In this document: piece after piece, positions 13,456 through 27,525 of the stretch
Numbering within the stretch: the first letter of the stretch is position 1
How the letters are laid out: every line of letters begins with the position of its first letter
Source: Chrysomallon squamiferum
Lineage: Eukaryota; Animalia; Mollusca
Reading direction: 5' to 3'
Assembly: GCA_012295275.1 (NCBI GenBank)
Contig: CM022674.1
Location: 7,874,001 to 7,938,000 of the forward strand
Length of the DNA stretch: 64,000 bases
Program-made: the position numbers and the translations under genes
Notes under the pieces: generated by a model
Told to the model about the DNA's origin: nothing
Database searches by the model: none
What the model saw: the letters and a program-made list of their open reading frames with translations, nothing else

Positions 13456-15659
13456 CATATTATTATTATTATTGTAAAGTTTGCTTTCTGATTTTAATTA
13501 TAATTCATCAGCAAAAAGAATGAACAACAACAACAAAAAAAGCCAAGAAGGCCAATTGAGGATAATTCATTGTACCACACAACATGTTACACGCAATACA
13601 TGCCTACACTCAGTTTGAACCTCACATGTTTCATGTACGCAAGCCGACCTTTGAAACTCACATCATCTCCTGTGCTGTTTGTCAAAGTCACAGAATATAA
13701 TGTTGTATTAGTGTGAAGAGTCCAGCTTATTAACCTACAGTTAGTTTAACTCCCAGGATTACACCCCTGCAGATGAAGATGTCTGGAGAGAGAGAGCATC
13801 AGTTAGAGAGGTGAGAGAACGATCTGTCAGTGTCGCGATCTGTCAGTGTCGCGCAGGGTGAGATCAGCAGTCTGCACAGCATCGCTGAACTGGGGGGGGG
13901 GTCAAGTACAACAGTGTATAGCCCACATTACAGATAGGTAGAAATATTAGTTACAAAGGCATCATGAATTTTATAATTTTTCACCAGAGGTTACTGGTGT
14001 ATATTCTTGTTTTTTTTAAATTAAGCTATGTAATAATATCTCTTTATTGCCAGTCAAATATAACTGCCTATCACACAACAGCTATAGGTCTCTTATTAGG
14101 TGAAGTAGCTACATTTAGTAATTTGTAGTTACCTTATCAATATATTACATCATAATGTTTGTGTTTTAAAATGAGCAGACAAGAAAGCACCTAATATGTA
14201 TATGCTGAACAAATCACATACCATAAACTTTATATTATTTAAGATTTTATTTGAGAGAAAAAGAGAAAGAGAGGGAAAGAAAACTGAAACCTTTTTCATC
14301 CAGATTCACCTACAAAAGTGTATAAAAAAAAGAAGAAATGGAATAAGAATGTGACAGTGTTGTCTGAAACTTAGACCAGAGGGAGTGAAGTGTCAGTGAA
14401 AGATTTTCAGTGAAAACAGACACATCTGTCTGGCTGAAACTCTTCTCTCTGTCAAAATAACACTTATTATTTTATATCTGTCTGTCCTTACCAATTCCTT
14501 AAAACATATCATTTGATAATATACACACATAAACATGTATTCTTACACACATTATAAATAGATGCACACACACACACATATAATACACATGAACACATAT
14601 ATACATATATATATATTAACACATAGATTCATATAAACATACACACGTGTATATATAGATAAAATGCTTAAATTTCTAACAATCTACATAAACAAATCAT
14701 TATTTCATAGTTTATTATCAAATACCATCCAGTCACTATTAATTTCCTATCTCTGTAAAATGATTTTAAAAGATCACATAAAGGGACTTCACTGATCTCA
14801 CAAATTACTCTTCTTCTTTTTTTTAATTTCACTTAACAAATTGATATTAAAATGAAATCACATATGAGTCCTTGTAAAGTATCAGGGGTGGTAAACATAT
14901 TTTTAAAAAAGGCCAGGCAAAGATTATCTCTTTGAAAAAGAAAAAGGAATGATATCTTCAGAGAAATCTCTTTAATAGTAAGTGTTTGGGGTTTCCATGA
15001 CAACCAAATTAACTAAGTCTTTATTGATCAGCTAATTATTATTTCAAGTTTCCATAAAAAAAAGAAAAGAAGAAGAAGATAAAAGAAAGTGACTTTCTGA
15101 GGAAGGAAGTGCTTGGAAATGGGGTCTAGTATCAACAAGATGGTATCTCTTTGAAGTTCATCTTGATGTTTTTTGTAATTATCCTTGAGCTATTTGTGTT
15201 TATTATATTTTATTTTATTTCAAATATTTATTTTAGAAAGTATATTACTTACATTTATAAATTTAATAATACAATATGTGTGATTTTTCATTACAGTGCA
15301 TGTTTTGTTTTTTGTGGTATTTCATTTTATTTTCTTATTTTTTAAACCCATTTTCTCTTTTTTCCTTTCATTTATGTGATTTACTCTTATTTTTCTTTGC
15401 TTTTCTTATTTAAAAAAATAAATCTCTTCTTCTGTTTTGCCATCTCTTATTTATTCCTGTTGTTGTTCATCTATTTTTTCTTACAGTTTTCTTCCTGTTT
15501 TTAAAAAGATTTCTTCCTCTGTTTGATTTATTATAACGACTCTTGTATTTATTATCATCATAACAAGAACTATTAAAACGTTTGGTCATAAAATTCAGCC
15601 AAACACACATAAAAGGAAAAAAAAAGAATAAAAAATAGAATTAATTAAAAAAAAATTAA

Positions 15660-15725
<66 letters not shown>
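15660..15725. repeat. (AAT)n microsatellite
   Basis: Directly visible; (ATT)n also at 17564-17638 and 46663-46714. Confidence 0.95.
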
Positions 15726-17563
15726 TAATAATAAAGTAAATAAATAAATAAATAAATTTTAAAATCTCACTTTAAAATCAGACAGCTATTACCCTTGTTT
15801 TTTATTGTTTGGTTTGAGTTTTGATTAATGCTGTTTTTAGACTGGGCAAGATAATAATCTAACAAAAGAACAGTTTATGTATGAAGTGAAAATCTAGGCT
15901 GGAAAGTTATAAATGCTGCAGTCATTATTTTAAGATAGTCACGGTTGAATGCTCACCAGACACATAACATCTTACATGTAATGATATTTTACTTGACTAA
16001 GAATAAAATAATAAAAAATAAAAAAAGAATTTTGACACGTTTAGCATGCTTCAAAGCATCTTTCATTTCCACTACACTAATCGCATGTAGAACAGTTATC
16101 TCCCTTAGTTAACTTCCTGTCATAAATTTGTTATATTGATTTAATACAAATAATAGCAAAAAGAGGATAGAAATCAACAGAATTTGTCGCTGTAACCTTT
16201 TCATAGTCTAATTAAACCAATCTGATATTTCCTCACAGTACTTCAAAATAATGTTAAAGTACTTCAAATGAAATTACAGATGGCTTAAGTTGGAACAGGA
16301 ATAAAAAAAAAAAAAAGTAATTAAATTTGTTTATTTAAATGTCTTTTTGTCTGATTAACACTGCATCAGCTTATAAACATTGTCTAAACATTTAAATTTC
16401 AGTTTTGCATAATTAAACACAACCTCATTTTATTTTATTCACTACATGTAATAATAATATAATAACAACAACAACAACAACAAAACAACAAATAATATCT
16501 AATATTTCTACAATATTGATGATAACATGATAAAGCCTTATGTACATTTTTTACTGCAGCTTAAAACTAATCCTTACAGGTTACAGTTACAAACTTTAAT
16601 CATCTCTTTCAGAATATTTTAAAAATAAAAACGTGAGCTCACTGGTAAAAGAGGGAGTCTCACGTAACATGCTCTGTACATGACAGACCAGTCTGCATGT
16701 TCTGTGACAAAAGCAGACATTAAGTATTAATACCAGTTAATTTTCAGCTGAAATTGATTAGTGTCTGGGTAGCAAGTTTACAGAAACAGTCTAACAAATA
16801 AACCAGCTGTTCATGATACCTGGTTTTGTGTCTTGCAGCTGTTTTGTCTTTATTTGTGTCTGTCTGTGTTGTTGATCTCACCCTACAGCTGTCTTTTTTT
16901 CTATGTCTGTCTGTCTGTCTGTCCTGTTCATGTTTCTGATTGTATCCTGCAGCTGTCTGAGTCTCGTGTTTCTACCTCTGTGTTTTATGTGTTCTGAAAC
17001 TGTCACTCTTTCTTTTGTTACATCGGTTTATGATCATATTTGAGGTTTTTTGTCATAAAAACTGACTTGATAAATGTCAAAATATTTAAAAATAGAATAA
17101 CTGTATTCTAAGTTATCATGCAGCATATTTGTATTATTTTAAAGTTTGCATTTTGATTTTATTTTTTTATCAAATAAAAAAAAAATCAATAATGATAATA
17201 AATTAAAAAAGATAAATAAATAAATAAACAAAATAAATTGTTGCTTTAGAAACAGAAGGTTAAAAATAATAATAATAACAAAGAGAAAAAAACCACACAA
17301 ACAACCCAAAAGAACAACAATAATAATAATATCAATCTCCACTCAGTTCAAAAAGGAAAATTAAGTTTCAAATAATTTCACTTCTCTTCTTTTTTTTAAA
17401 TTGGTCTAAAGAAATTGGTGTAGACTGCTCTTAAATAATAACATGAAGAACTTTTTTTGGTGAATTTCTAAGAACATGTATTCTGGCAAACCATAATTCA
17501 TATCACTTAAATTGTTTCTTTTCATTATATGTATTTTTCTTATAAATAATAATCATAATAAAA

Positions 17564-17638
<75 letters not shown>

Positions 17639-19718
17639 GGTGGTGTTGTAGTAGTAGTTGAATCAATATGGTTTGCTCTAGAAAATAGTTTCATAAATAA
17701 AATATAAGGAAGACAACTCTAAAGTGATATTTCAGCATTTGCTCCATTAGTGTGTTATATTATATTGCTAGTCATTTCCCGTTTATCGCAAAAAGAATTC
17801 CTGTTTCCTAATGGACGAAATTACACTTTACAATCAGTTCACATTTGAATGGAAATTGACTGAATTACTTTTACAACCCGAGGTATTTGTGATTTCATTG
17901 TCTTGTCTCGGAATCAGCTGAGAAGATGGTAATTTGTCGTCCTACATGAGCTGAAGACTTAATCTTTTTGTGAAAGCTTGTATTTTCCTGGTGGCATTCA
18001 TCAGAAAGTTAATTCCATTTCTTGATTGATCCATTAGTTTTCTAATTCTTTGTTCGTTTAACCAATTGCCTTGATACTGAGCATACACACATATATACAG
18101 ACAGACACACATGTAATTATTTTTGTATATAAATATTTGAGAACTGGATTGTAATAAGATGTCTGTGTGTTTATGTAGCTGTTATATACCACTTACAAAA
18201 CAAGAAAATAAATATTATCTTTGGTTACAAAGTACTGCAATTTGAGGTAATGTGTCATGTAACTTAACAACTGAAAGAGATGAGCATGAAGTTCAAAAAA
18301 ACATTGAAACTAGAACAATAAACAGCATAAACAAGACAAATAATGTTCTAAAAAATAACAAGTATCAAGAATGAAATATTGGTAACAAGAAACATTGTGT
18401 TTATCAAGAAAAATTTAATAATAAATTAGAAGAACAATAAAAAATAATAACAAATCTAAAATAAAAAATAAATAAAGAGTAAAATTTCAGTTCATATTTT
18501 TTAAACTTCATACATCACCCATGAATTATTTGATAACAATCCCAATAAAAAAAATAATTATTGGATGCCATCAAGTACAGACAAATAACTGTGACATAAA
18601 GATGATATTCGCCCTATTTATTGTGTTATTACCTATTACATATTACACTGCGGTTATTGAAATTTGTGTTAGCATTTTAGAAAATAAGCCAGGCATGAAA
18701 AATACCAATATCTGATTTTGAAAATGGCTGTGAAAATTACAGGAGTGAATGGTTATTGAAAAATGTCAGATGATCATAAATTTGATTCTGACAAAATCAG
18801 CAAATAGCAGCAATAAACCTGTTACTAAAATGGAAAAGAATATTAGAGTTATGTCCCATGATGAAAATAAACTGATGGGGTGAATATTAAAAATAATAAT
18901 GACTGTTGGTGAGATATCTGATATATACTCGAGGATTATTTCAAAATTGTTTCATTTACTGATCAGTTAGGATTCACTTCATTTATTACCAGAGCCAGCC
19001 TGGATGCTGAATATCTTTTGTACAAAACACTAAACAGACACTGAATACAAAGAGCATGTTATATGAAATATAAAAACATTTGTCACGGTTAGTGATTACA
19101 TATAGTGCTGTAAGACAAACATCTAAAACTAAATAAATATTTGTCATGCTTGGCAGTGTTATATGAAATATGAGATTGCAAAATAAATATTTGTCACACT
19201 TAATGGATATTGTTATAGCGAAGCTGCATTGTGTGGTGCAATGGCATTAATTATTTCATCCTGGTACAGATTACTTACATTACAGTCGTATTTCTCATCA
19301 AATGAAATAAAAAAAACAAATCAGAGCTAGTTTCATAATGGTGGTTTGGTCTAACAAAATATATTAGTTTTCTTTGTTTTTTGCCAGATTCAGTTAACTG
19401 TGATGTATAATTTGATTCAGCAGTTTGTGTGGATGATGTTTGTTGTTGGGTTTTGTTTGTTTTGTCTAAGAGTAGGACGGTAACAAAACAAATGTCTGAT
19501 CTTATAAAGAATGTGTCTGTATAAGTGTGTATGTGTTTGTTTCTGAGTGTTTTCAGATATTGGGAATATATGCTGATAATAAAAAATAAATATTGACTAT
19601 TACAAAAGAACATCTGTGAAAAAAATGAAAGTTTTAAATAACTTTTGTAATAAAGAAAAAATACAAACAAACAAATCAGATAAAAAACAGTTAACATTGT
19701 TGTTTTCTTTTCTTTCAG

Positions 19719-19931
19719 ATCCTTGTGAACATTTTTTCTGTGCATTTGGAGCGAAATGTTTGGTGAACCAGACAGACAATGCTCCGTACTGCAAGTGTCT
19801 GCAACGATGCAAGCCGGTGTTTGCCCCTGTCTGCGGCAGCGATGGTGTCACGTACTCCAGTCAGTGCCTGTTGCAGAAAAGCAGTTGTGTTACACAGCGC
19901 AGAATCAAAGTGTCACGCCCAGGAGAGTGTG
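19719..19931 (+). CDS. AGRN: Agrin exon, follistatin/Kazal domain 1 (DPCEHFFCAFGAKC...APVCGSDGVTYSSQC...QRRIKVSRPGECG)
   Basis: Acceptor ttttctttcag|AT, donor G|gtaaga; 213 nt, phase 1-1; 10-Cys FS pattern; QRRI motif as in vertebrate agrin FS1. Confidence 0.93.
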
Positions 19932-20897
19932 GTAAGAGTTGTACATCTCCAGCAATAAGTGTTGTCTAGTCTGCTGCTTTAAACAGTCTGTTTTTTCATT
20001 ATTTTATTTTTATTTAAATATATTATTATTTGTACTTTATTACTTTTTTTTTTTTTTTTTTATTATTTACAAATTTTTAATTAAAAATGAGAGAGAGAGA
20101 GAGAGAGAGAGATCTTGTTTTAGTTTAAATAAATCATATATTTCAAAATTAAATTTACATAATAAATTTTATACATTATAAAATAAATACTTTTGTTAAA
20201 GTATATCTTTATCATCCAGTTTCAGTGCAGTTCTTCTAAAACAAAAATAAAGAACCTAATAAAAATATATTCATACAAAAAAAAAAAAAGTTTTTTTAGT
20301 TTAGATTATTTAATAAAAACGTGGTAAAATTAACCAGATTCATTTTATCCACTGTATTCCTGATATTTACATTTGTTGTTTTTCCCCATCTTGTTTTTTT
20401 CTTTTTGTTTTTATTGGCTTTTTTCCCTTCCAAACAATATCATTTCAAAGCTAAAGCAGAAACATTCAGTAGAACTCTATTTCTGTGTTTGAATGAAGAC
20501 ACAGTTTTTGTAAAACGTTATTAAAAGTGACATTGATGTTGAACATGACAGCAGGACATTGATGTCTGTTATTGGATGAAAGGCTGACTCAGTCTGATGT
20601 ACAGGAATTTTTAAATCAGATTTACTTATTGTTTTGTATGCATGGATAATCATTTCATCTGATTTAATTAGTTATCCATTTACTCAAACTTCAAAGAAAT
20701 ATGATCGTTAAATAGGGGTATTGTTGTTAAATTAAAAATTGTATTTAAAAAATACATGTCAGTGATTAATGGAACTCATACACAAGTTTCCTCAGAAATG
20801 TTTTATGTTTGTTAACAACAGAGTAATGAAGATGATAATGACGATGAAAATGAACAATTGATTCCTTTTTCTTTTTTGTTTTTTGAAAATATTGTTT

Positions 20898-20937
<40 letters not shown>

Positions 20938-21719
20938 CATCATGATTGATTCTATTATGCATTTTACAGCCTAGAAGAATTGCACTGATATTGAAATAAC
21001 CAATAAGAAAAAATATTAAATTTTTCATAAAAACCAGAAATAAGAGAATTTTCTTTCTTACTTTGAAATATTTTTTGAAATTTTTAAATAAATGTAAAAA
21101 AAAATTCAGTTATCATGTAAGTTATCATTTTATTTTAATTTGATTATACTGGATTGGAACAAAACATTTTTTTAATTTTGTAAGTGACTTCATTCAACCA
21201 TGTGTATGCCAATTTGTTCCACAGCCTTTTAGCCATCTTCGCGGCAGCTTCATAATTCCATTTTCTGTGGTGATGAACTCATCTAAACTTTGTTCCAACC
21301 CAGAATTTATTTTATATTATATTTTATTTGTTGTTTAACTGTATTGTTTTTCAGTATTTTGTTGTGTGTGCCATGATAATTACATACATTATATTGTGTT
21401 TTTATTATGCTTTTTGTTGCCTGTTGTGATGTCATTACTTTTTAGTTTCCCTTGTCCATTGTGTGCATCAGCAAAAGCACCTTGTTTCTTTCTCTTCAAA
21501 TTATTTGCTGTTTTCAGTTGATTTTTTTTTTCCTGTTCCAGATCAGTTTTTGTAAATATTTGTTTTCTGCTTATTCACTGGTAGTGTTGATCTTTATTTT
21601 GTGTGTTTGGGATGATTTATTTTTCATCAGGTTTCATCATCACCTCAGTATAACTGTTCATATCTCCAAGGCAGACAGTTTTTGTGTAAATAATATTCTC
21701 TTAAAAAGGTTTTATTGTA

Positions 21720-22140
21720 TAGATATTGTTCTCATGAAAAAGTACATTAGTCTTGTATAGACAGTATGATCATGAAAAAGTACATTATTCTAGAATAAAC
21801 AATATGATCTTGAAAAAGTACATTACTCTTGTAAAGACAATATGATCATGAAAAAGTACTTGGATCTTGTGTAAATAATGTTTTAAAAAAGATAGATTAT
21901 GTGTATAAATAATGTTTTAGAAAGGTACACAACTCCTGTGTGAATAATTTGTTTTTTTTTTGATCGATTCACACAACTCTTGAATCAAGAAAGCACCAGC
22001 GACTAAGTACACAATTTATGTCTAAATAAGAAGCTGTGTTGAAGGTACATAACTCTTGTTTGAATAATGTGCTCTTGATAAGGTACATAACTCATCCTAA
22101 TAAAGTGTTGTTGACAAAGGTACATAACTCTTGTGAGACA
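21720..22140. repeat. Degenerate ~38-40 bp tandem repeat (tcatgaaaaagtacatta / aaggtacataactcttgt)
   Basis: The core recurs at ~38-39 bp spacing and decays towards the 3' end. Confidence 0.7.
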
Positions 22141-23569
22141 GTGCCACTAAGGTGTTCACTAGGAGATAAGAAGGTAATGTTCCAATCAACTGATAACATC
22201 AACAAGGAAACAGCTTCCGATCAATCAAACAAGAACACATTTCTTTGATTGAGCCGCAAATACAGAACTCAGTTACTTCCCCATTTTTTTGTTGTTCTGT
22301 GCTGTATGTATTTGTGCCTGTGTTTGTATGTAGGTATAGATAAAGATATTGCAGATATCATAAACAATAAAAATAAATTACTTGTGAAAAATAAGCATGC
22401 ATTAAAACATTCATTTTATTATGAAGTTATTTTGTACTTTTATGGTTATTTAAAATTTGTGTGGGTTATTCATTTCTAAATTTTTACATATAAACTGTTC
22501 ATATTATCATTTAAATGAATGCATTCCCAGTATGTGTTATACTTTTAAATACTTCCCTAAATGTGGATGATAAACCAGCTTGTTCAAGTTTTATAAATCT
22601 GAATCATTCTTTCACAACAGTATTCATATTCAGTCTTTATCACAGAACCAAAACACTTCAAATATTGTTAACTTAAATATATTTTTATTTTTCTTCTATG
22701 TTTTGGTTGAAATCTAAAGAATGTTGGTATATTTTCTAGCATTTATCATATTTAAAATTGGTTTTCAGAGAAAACTGTTTTTCTCTTCTTTTTTTTTTTT
22801 TTTTTGTATAGTAGCAAAAAGTCTTTTAAGACCGAGTATCTCCAAATTTGAAATGATAGAACAAATAAAAGAAGAAAAAACAGAAATAAAGAAAAGAAAA
22901 AAATCTGAAGACAAATTTTTTGCATGATATCATGGTGTGCGTACTATTTGTGTGTATAGTTTCTTTAGAGTTAGTTAAAGCCAGCAAGAATAACTGTTTT
23001 CAAAACAGTTTTGAAGAATAACAAATATTCTAATGAAACATTTTCTCAGAAATCATCTTTCTCTCTCTCTCTCTTTTTCTCTCTGTCTCTCTCTTTTTTC
23101 TCTTTCTCTCTCTCAGACACACACATGCATACACACACATACACACACACACATACATTTCACCATGTTAATATAAAAATGAACTGAAAACCAATTCTTC
23201 AGTTCACATAGATATTGTTTAAGCAAATACTTGATTTCCCAACCCTCCAATATAATTACTTTTTAATTTCCACCAGTTGGTGAGTCTATTTCATACTAAA
23301 ATGTTTGTAATTCTCAGTAGGCAGCACATGATGTTTGTTGACTTACCTTCTTCCTTGGACTGATGTCTGCATGAATTCCATCTAAAACCCATTAACCATG
23401 GCCTGAAAGCCTTTGTTGCCAGATACAGTAAACATGCAATTATTGGTTTTTCATTATCTTCTTCTTTACTGGCAGCCAGGCTTAATTTGTGCCAGAGCAA
23501 TTTAGAGGTCTCACATAGAACACAGGTTTTTGTATTCTGTTGTTTTATTTCATCTGAATATCAGAGGAT

Positions 23570-23818
23570 CTTTAATATTAAAGTATGTTTTTGTCAAGGT
23601 ACCAAACATTGTTAATGATAAAGTATGTATTTGTTATGATTCCGGATTTTGTTAATAATAAAATATATTTTTTTGTCATGATGCCATACTTTGTTAATTA
23701 TAAAGTATATTTTTGTTATCATACCAGACTTTGTTAAAGATAAAGTATATTTTTTGTCATGATGCCATAGTTTGTTAACTATAAAGTATATTTTTGTCAT
23801 TATACCTGACTTTGGTAA
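23570..23818. repeat. ~40-bp minisatellite, about 6 copies
   Basis: tttgttaa...taaagtatatttttgtcat units. Confidence 0.85.
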
Positions 23819-25476
23819 AAGTTAATTATTTTTTTTAAATTTTTAAATTTTTCTTCTTATTTTTTTTTTATTGCTGACTATTTGGTAACAGTACGCTAAC
23901 TAGCTTTTTTAAAATCTGTACAGAAGATAGTATTAAATCATTAAAGACAAATTTACATCATTTTCTTTTATATTAGCTCCTTATAAATTGTTAAATAATT
24001 TTATAATATTTGAAATTTTGACAGAGAATGTAGCTGTAGATGATTTCAAATAACATAAGACCTCTTTAGACAACATTAACTCTTATAATATGTTGAGCAA
24101 ATAAAACAAAAACCATATGAATCCAGAACAGTGATTTAAATCAATTATGATTGATTTCAGTCTCAAGTCTGAGCGTACTTGATGCTATTGTGGATTGTGT
24201 GATTTTCTGAACTTCACTTAGAAAGATTTCTGTAGCAAGGAGGCCAGTGTGAGAGTAATTTGTCAGCCAGGGTTTTACAGCCAGTGTCTGCCTCAGTTTT
24301 AATCAGTAAATAGATAGTGATTTATATGAGATCTTTTTTTCTGCTAAATATTGGCTCATTTGTTAGAGAAAATGAAACAGAACTTCCATTTGGAAAACAA
24401 AACCTTAGTCTAAAAAAGTAGAGTCAGGAGGATTAATTATCTTAGTTTGTCATTAAAATAAGAAATTTTAATAATTGTCAGAACAAGCTGCTATGTGGAG
24501 GATTTGTTTTTGTGGTTTTAGTAGGCTATATATAGGCTATCTTCTATTTTCCAATTCCAGCTAGTGCACGTATTTTATGTATTGAAAGCAATTTATTGTG
24601 TGTGCTTTCCTATCATTGAAAAGTATAAAGTGATCTGCCCTGTTGATTGAGGAGATTATATGCATTCGAAAAAGAATTCCTTATTTTAATTTTGATATGG
24701 AGGGGAGGGGGTATTTTGTTTTTGTTTATTTTTTTTAATATCAGTATCTGTGTCTATGATATCATTTAATCAACAGTTTCTTCTGCAGTTTATTTAATGT
24801 TTGCAGTGGTGCAGTATGTGGAATTATTATATTGATTACACGGAATGTGATTCTCCAAACTTCTTGGACAGATGATGTTCGTGATGAGGCATTTCCACAA
24901 ATACTTACTGAAAATTGGTTTAACCCTTTTTATTCCAAATCCACATCTTGAATTTCTGTGGCAGATTGGTTTAAGTCTTTGTAAAGTTAAATTAGTTTAC
25001 TGTGTTATGAGTCTCAAAAATAATTTTTTAGAAATTGGCTTAAATTTGTTTGTGCTTTGAAAATGTAATAAAAATTAGTTTTACCCTTTTGAATTCTAAG
25101 TATCTGTAACTTAAACAAATTCAACCCTTTTTCTTCTAAGCATGTATTCAACAGTGGTTTGTTCTGAAATGTTGAATAATGTTTCAACCAATTTTGATCT
25201 AAAACCCTTCTATATTAATTCTATGACAGTATTTTGTCCTTTATCTTTTGTGAGTGGAAATATATAATAAACCTTACTGCTCTAATTTCCCTATTCCCTA
25301 GTTCTAATTACAGAAAACAAGTAATTAAACAAGTTGATAATATGAATAAATACATAGTGGCCTTTCTGAAATGAATAAAGGTTCAGTTCAAAGAGAAAAA
25401 TGTTTAAACACAGAAAACAACAACAACAACAATAACAATAACAATAATAATAATAATAATATGGATGAAGATTACA

Positions 25477-25515
<39 letters not shown>

Positions 25516-26714
25516 GTGATCATGATAATAATGAGGAATTATTTAAAATATAAATATTTTAATAAATTTTAAAATAATTTTGGAAGTAGATTTAGTTTTT
25601 TTTACATTTATTTTCTCTATTATTCAGGCAGCTTCTTCTTTAGAAAAAGAAAGAAAGAAAAAAAAAGAATAGCCTGAAGCTAAAGACTGTTATGAAAACT
25701 TTACAAACATTTCTTATCATCTTTGAGTTTAAGATTATTTCTTTTTTGTGTGCTAATAAAAACAAATCAAATACAAAATATGTCTCTGAGCAAAAATCAA
25801 TACCTTCTGAAATATAAGAAAGTTGAAATGAAACAAATAAACATATAAAAAATGGACAAAGAATAAAAAGAAACATGAAACAAATTAAAAAGATAAAAAA
25901 AAGGAAAGATAAATAAAAGAAGAAAATAAATAAATAAATTTCATTTTAAAAGAAAAAAATGTTGTTTTTCTTTTTTAATTTTCTTTTTTATAAATTTATA
26001 ATAGCTGAGTTATAAAAGTATTTTCTATACAACAAGCTTTCTTTAGTGTGAAGCTTCAGATGGTTTGACCTGAAAGGAATGGTATTGATTGATACACAAT
26101 TTGTACAAGAAAATAACAAAAAACTGAAAAAGACAGAGAGCAGTGAAGTGTTTTATTCATGACTTTCCTTGTTACTGTCTGCACAGTGATGTATGGGTTT
26201 TTAGTCACAATGTAAAAAGAACTACTGACTGCAACAGTTGTCAAGAGCTGTTTGGTATGTAAATTTGTTTGGGTCTAGCAGCCTCTGGCTTCATATGCAA
26301 ATACAGATCCAGCTTGAAAATAAATGAACTAGGGTTTAAATCTTCAGGTTGAATTATGTTTTTGCTTTTGAAAATGTTTGTTATGTAATGTCTTGTAAGA
26401 CAAGGTTTATATTGAAAGAATTTTCTTTTAATTATCACTGCTATACAAGGTTTTGTTTTACAGTTTCTATAAGCTTTTGGTTGTTTTTGTTTTTTTAACT
26501 ATTTATTTTCTTGATTAGAACATTTTTTTCTTCTGATTTATGAAGGAAAATAAAAATAAATAAATACATAAATTTGTTGATTTAAATATATAATAAATAA
26601 TAATAACAATTACACGGTATACAAGCTTATGAATAAAATATAAAAAAGAAAAAAAAAAAAAAAAAAAACTTAAATACAAAATTACAATTAACATCATTCA
26701 GTGAAACTATGTGG

Positions 26715-27100
26715 AAGAAAGCACGCTGTGTAAATTCCCTGATGAACAATTTGAGAATATTACATGATTAGCAAGCCATTTTGCCACTTGATTTCTCCGT
26801 GAAACCAACAGCACGATGCTGAAGAACACTTATCTTTTGTAGAGAGCAGCATCATTGTGATGTTGACGCTACAAGTGTGTCAGCATTCACAACACACAAC
26901 GCCAGCGTAGATGTGTTTGTTGATGCTAACACAACACAAGTAGTTTCGTTCTTTCTGTCGTGTTCTAATGGCATACGATTGCAAATTTACAACGAATCAA
27001 GTCTTGTGGAATCATCTTACCGGTGAAGCATGCACAACGATGTCTGAGCTTGCCGTGATCAATGCCGACAGCACCGTTCACGGACGATGCAGTGCTAATG
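26715..27100. promoter_or_regulatory. CpG-enriched non-coding island, candidate internal promoter or 5' UTR for the leader exon
   Basis: About 17 CpG dinucleotides in ~380 bp by manual count, in otherwise CpG-poor intron, ~1.6 kb upstream of the leader. Confidence 0.35.
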
Positions 27101-27344
27101 GAAAAGGGAAAAAATAAAAAAGCATGCTGGCCTCTTAGCTAGGCTGAGTGTCATTCTGTACACTTCAGTAGAGTATTGTGTTATATCACCAAGGATCTGT
27201 AGCTGGTTTTAAAGTGTTTTTCATGCTGTGACTTTTTCATGAAACTTTAATCAGTGGATCTGTGAGTTGCCTGCACCTGTAAAATGTGGTGGCTACGTAT
27301 CATGGATATTGAGTGATTTCTGTGTTTGAATACTACTTGTGTTA

Positions 27345-27525
27345 TCATTATCCTGATTACTCACTAGAGTTACCCTTTTTCTGATTATTTACTTGTGTAT
27401 CCATTATCTAGATTATTTACTTGTATGTCCATTACCTAGATTATTTACCAGTTTGACCATTATCCTTACTATTTACTTGGGTGACCATTATAAAAAGATC
27501 ATTTACTTGCTGTCCATTGTCCAGT
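27345..27525. repeat. ~28-bp degenerate minisatellite (ccattatctagattatttacttgt)
   Basis: Tandem units are visible. Confidence 0.7.

Noticed and set aside
13773-13857. Possible exon in a GC-rich patch (ccctgcag|...|gtgaga)
   Set aside because: Both candidate donors break the phase-1 frame needed to join FS1, and the peptide resembles neither NtA nor a leader.
23291-23500. Minus-strand ORF with a perfect AAG|GTAAGT donor (plus-strand 23341-23349) as a possible nested antisense gene
   Set aside because: No recognisable domain and no partner exons; isolated donor matches are expected by chance in 64 kb.
23570-23818. Regularly spaced ~40-bp repeats (also 56916-57985) superficially like a CRISPR array
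   Set aside because: Contiguous degenerate tandem units with no unique spacers, in a eukaryotic intron with no cas genes.
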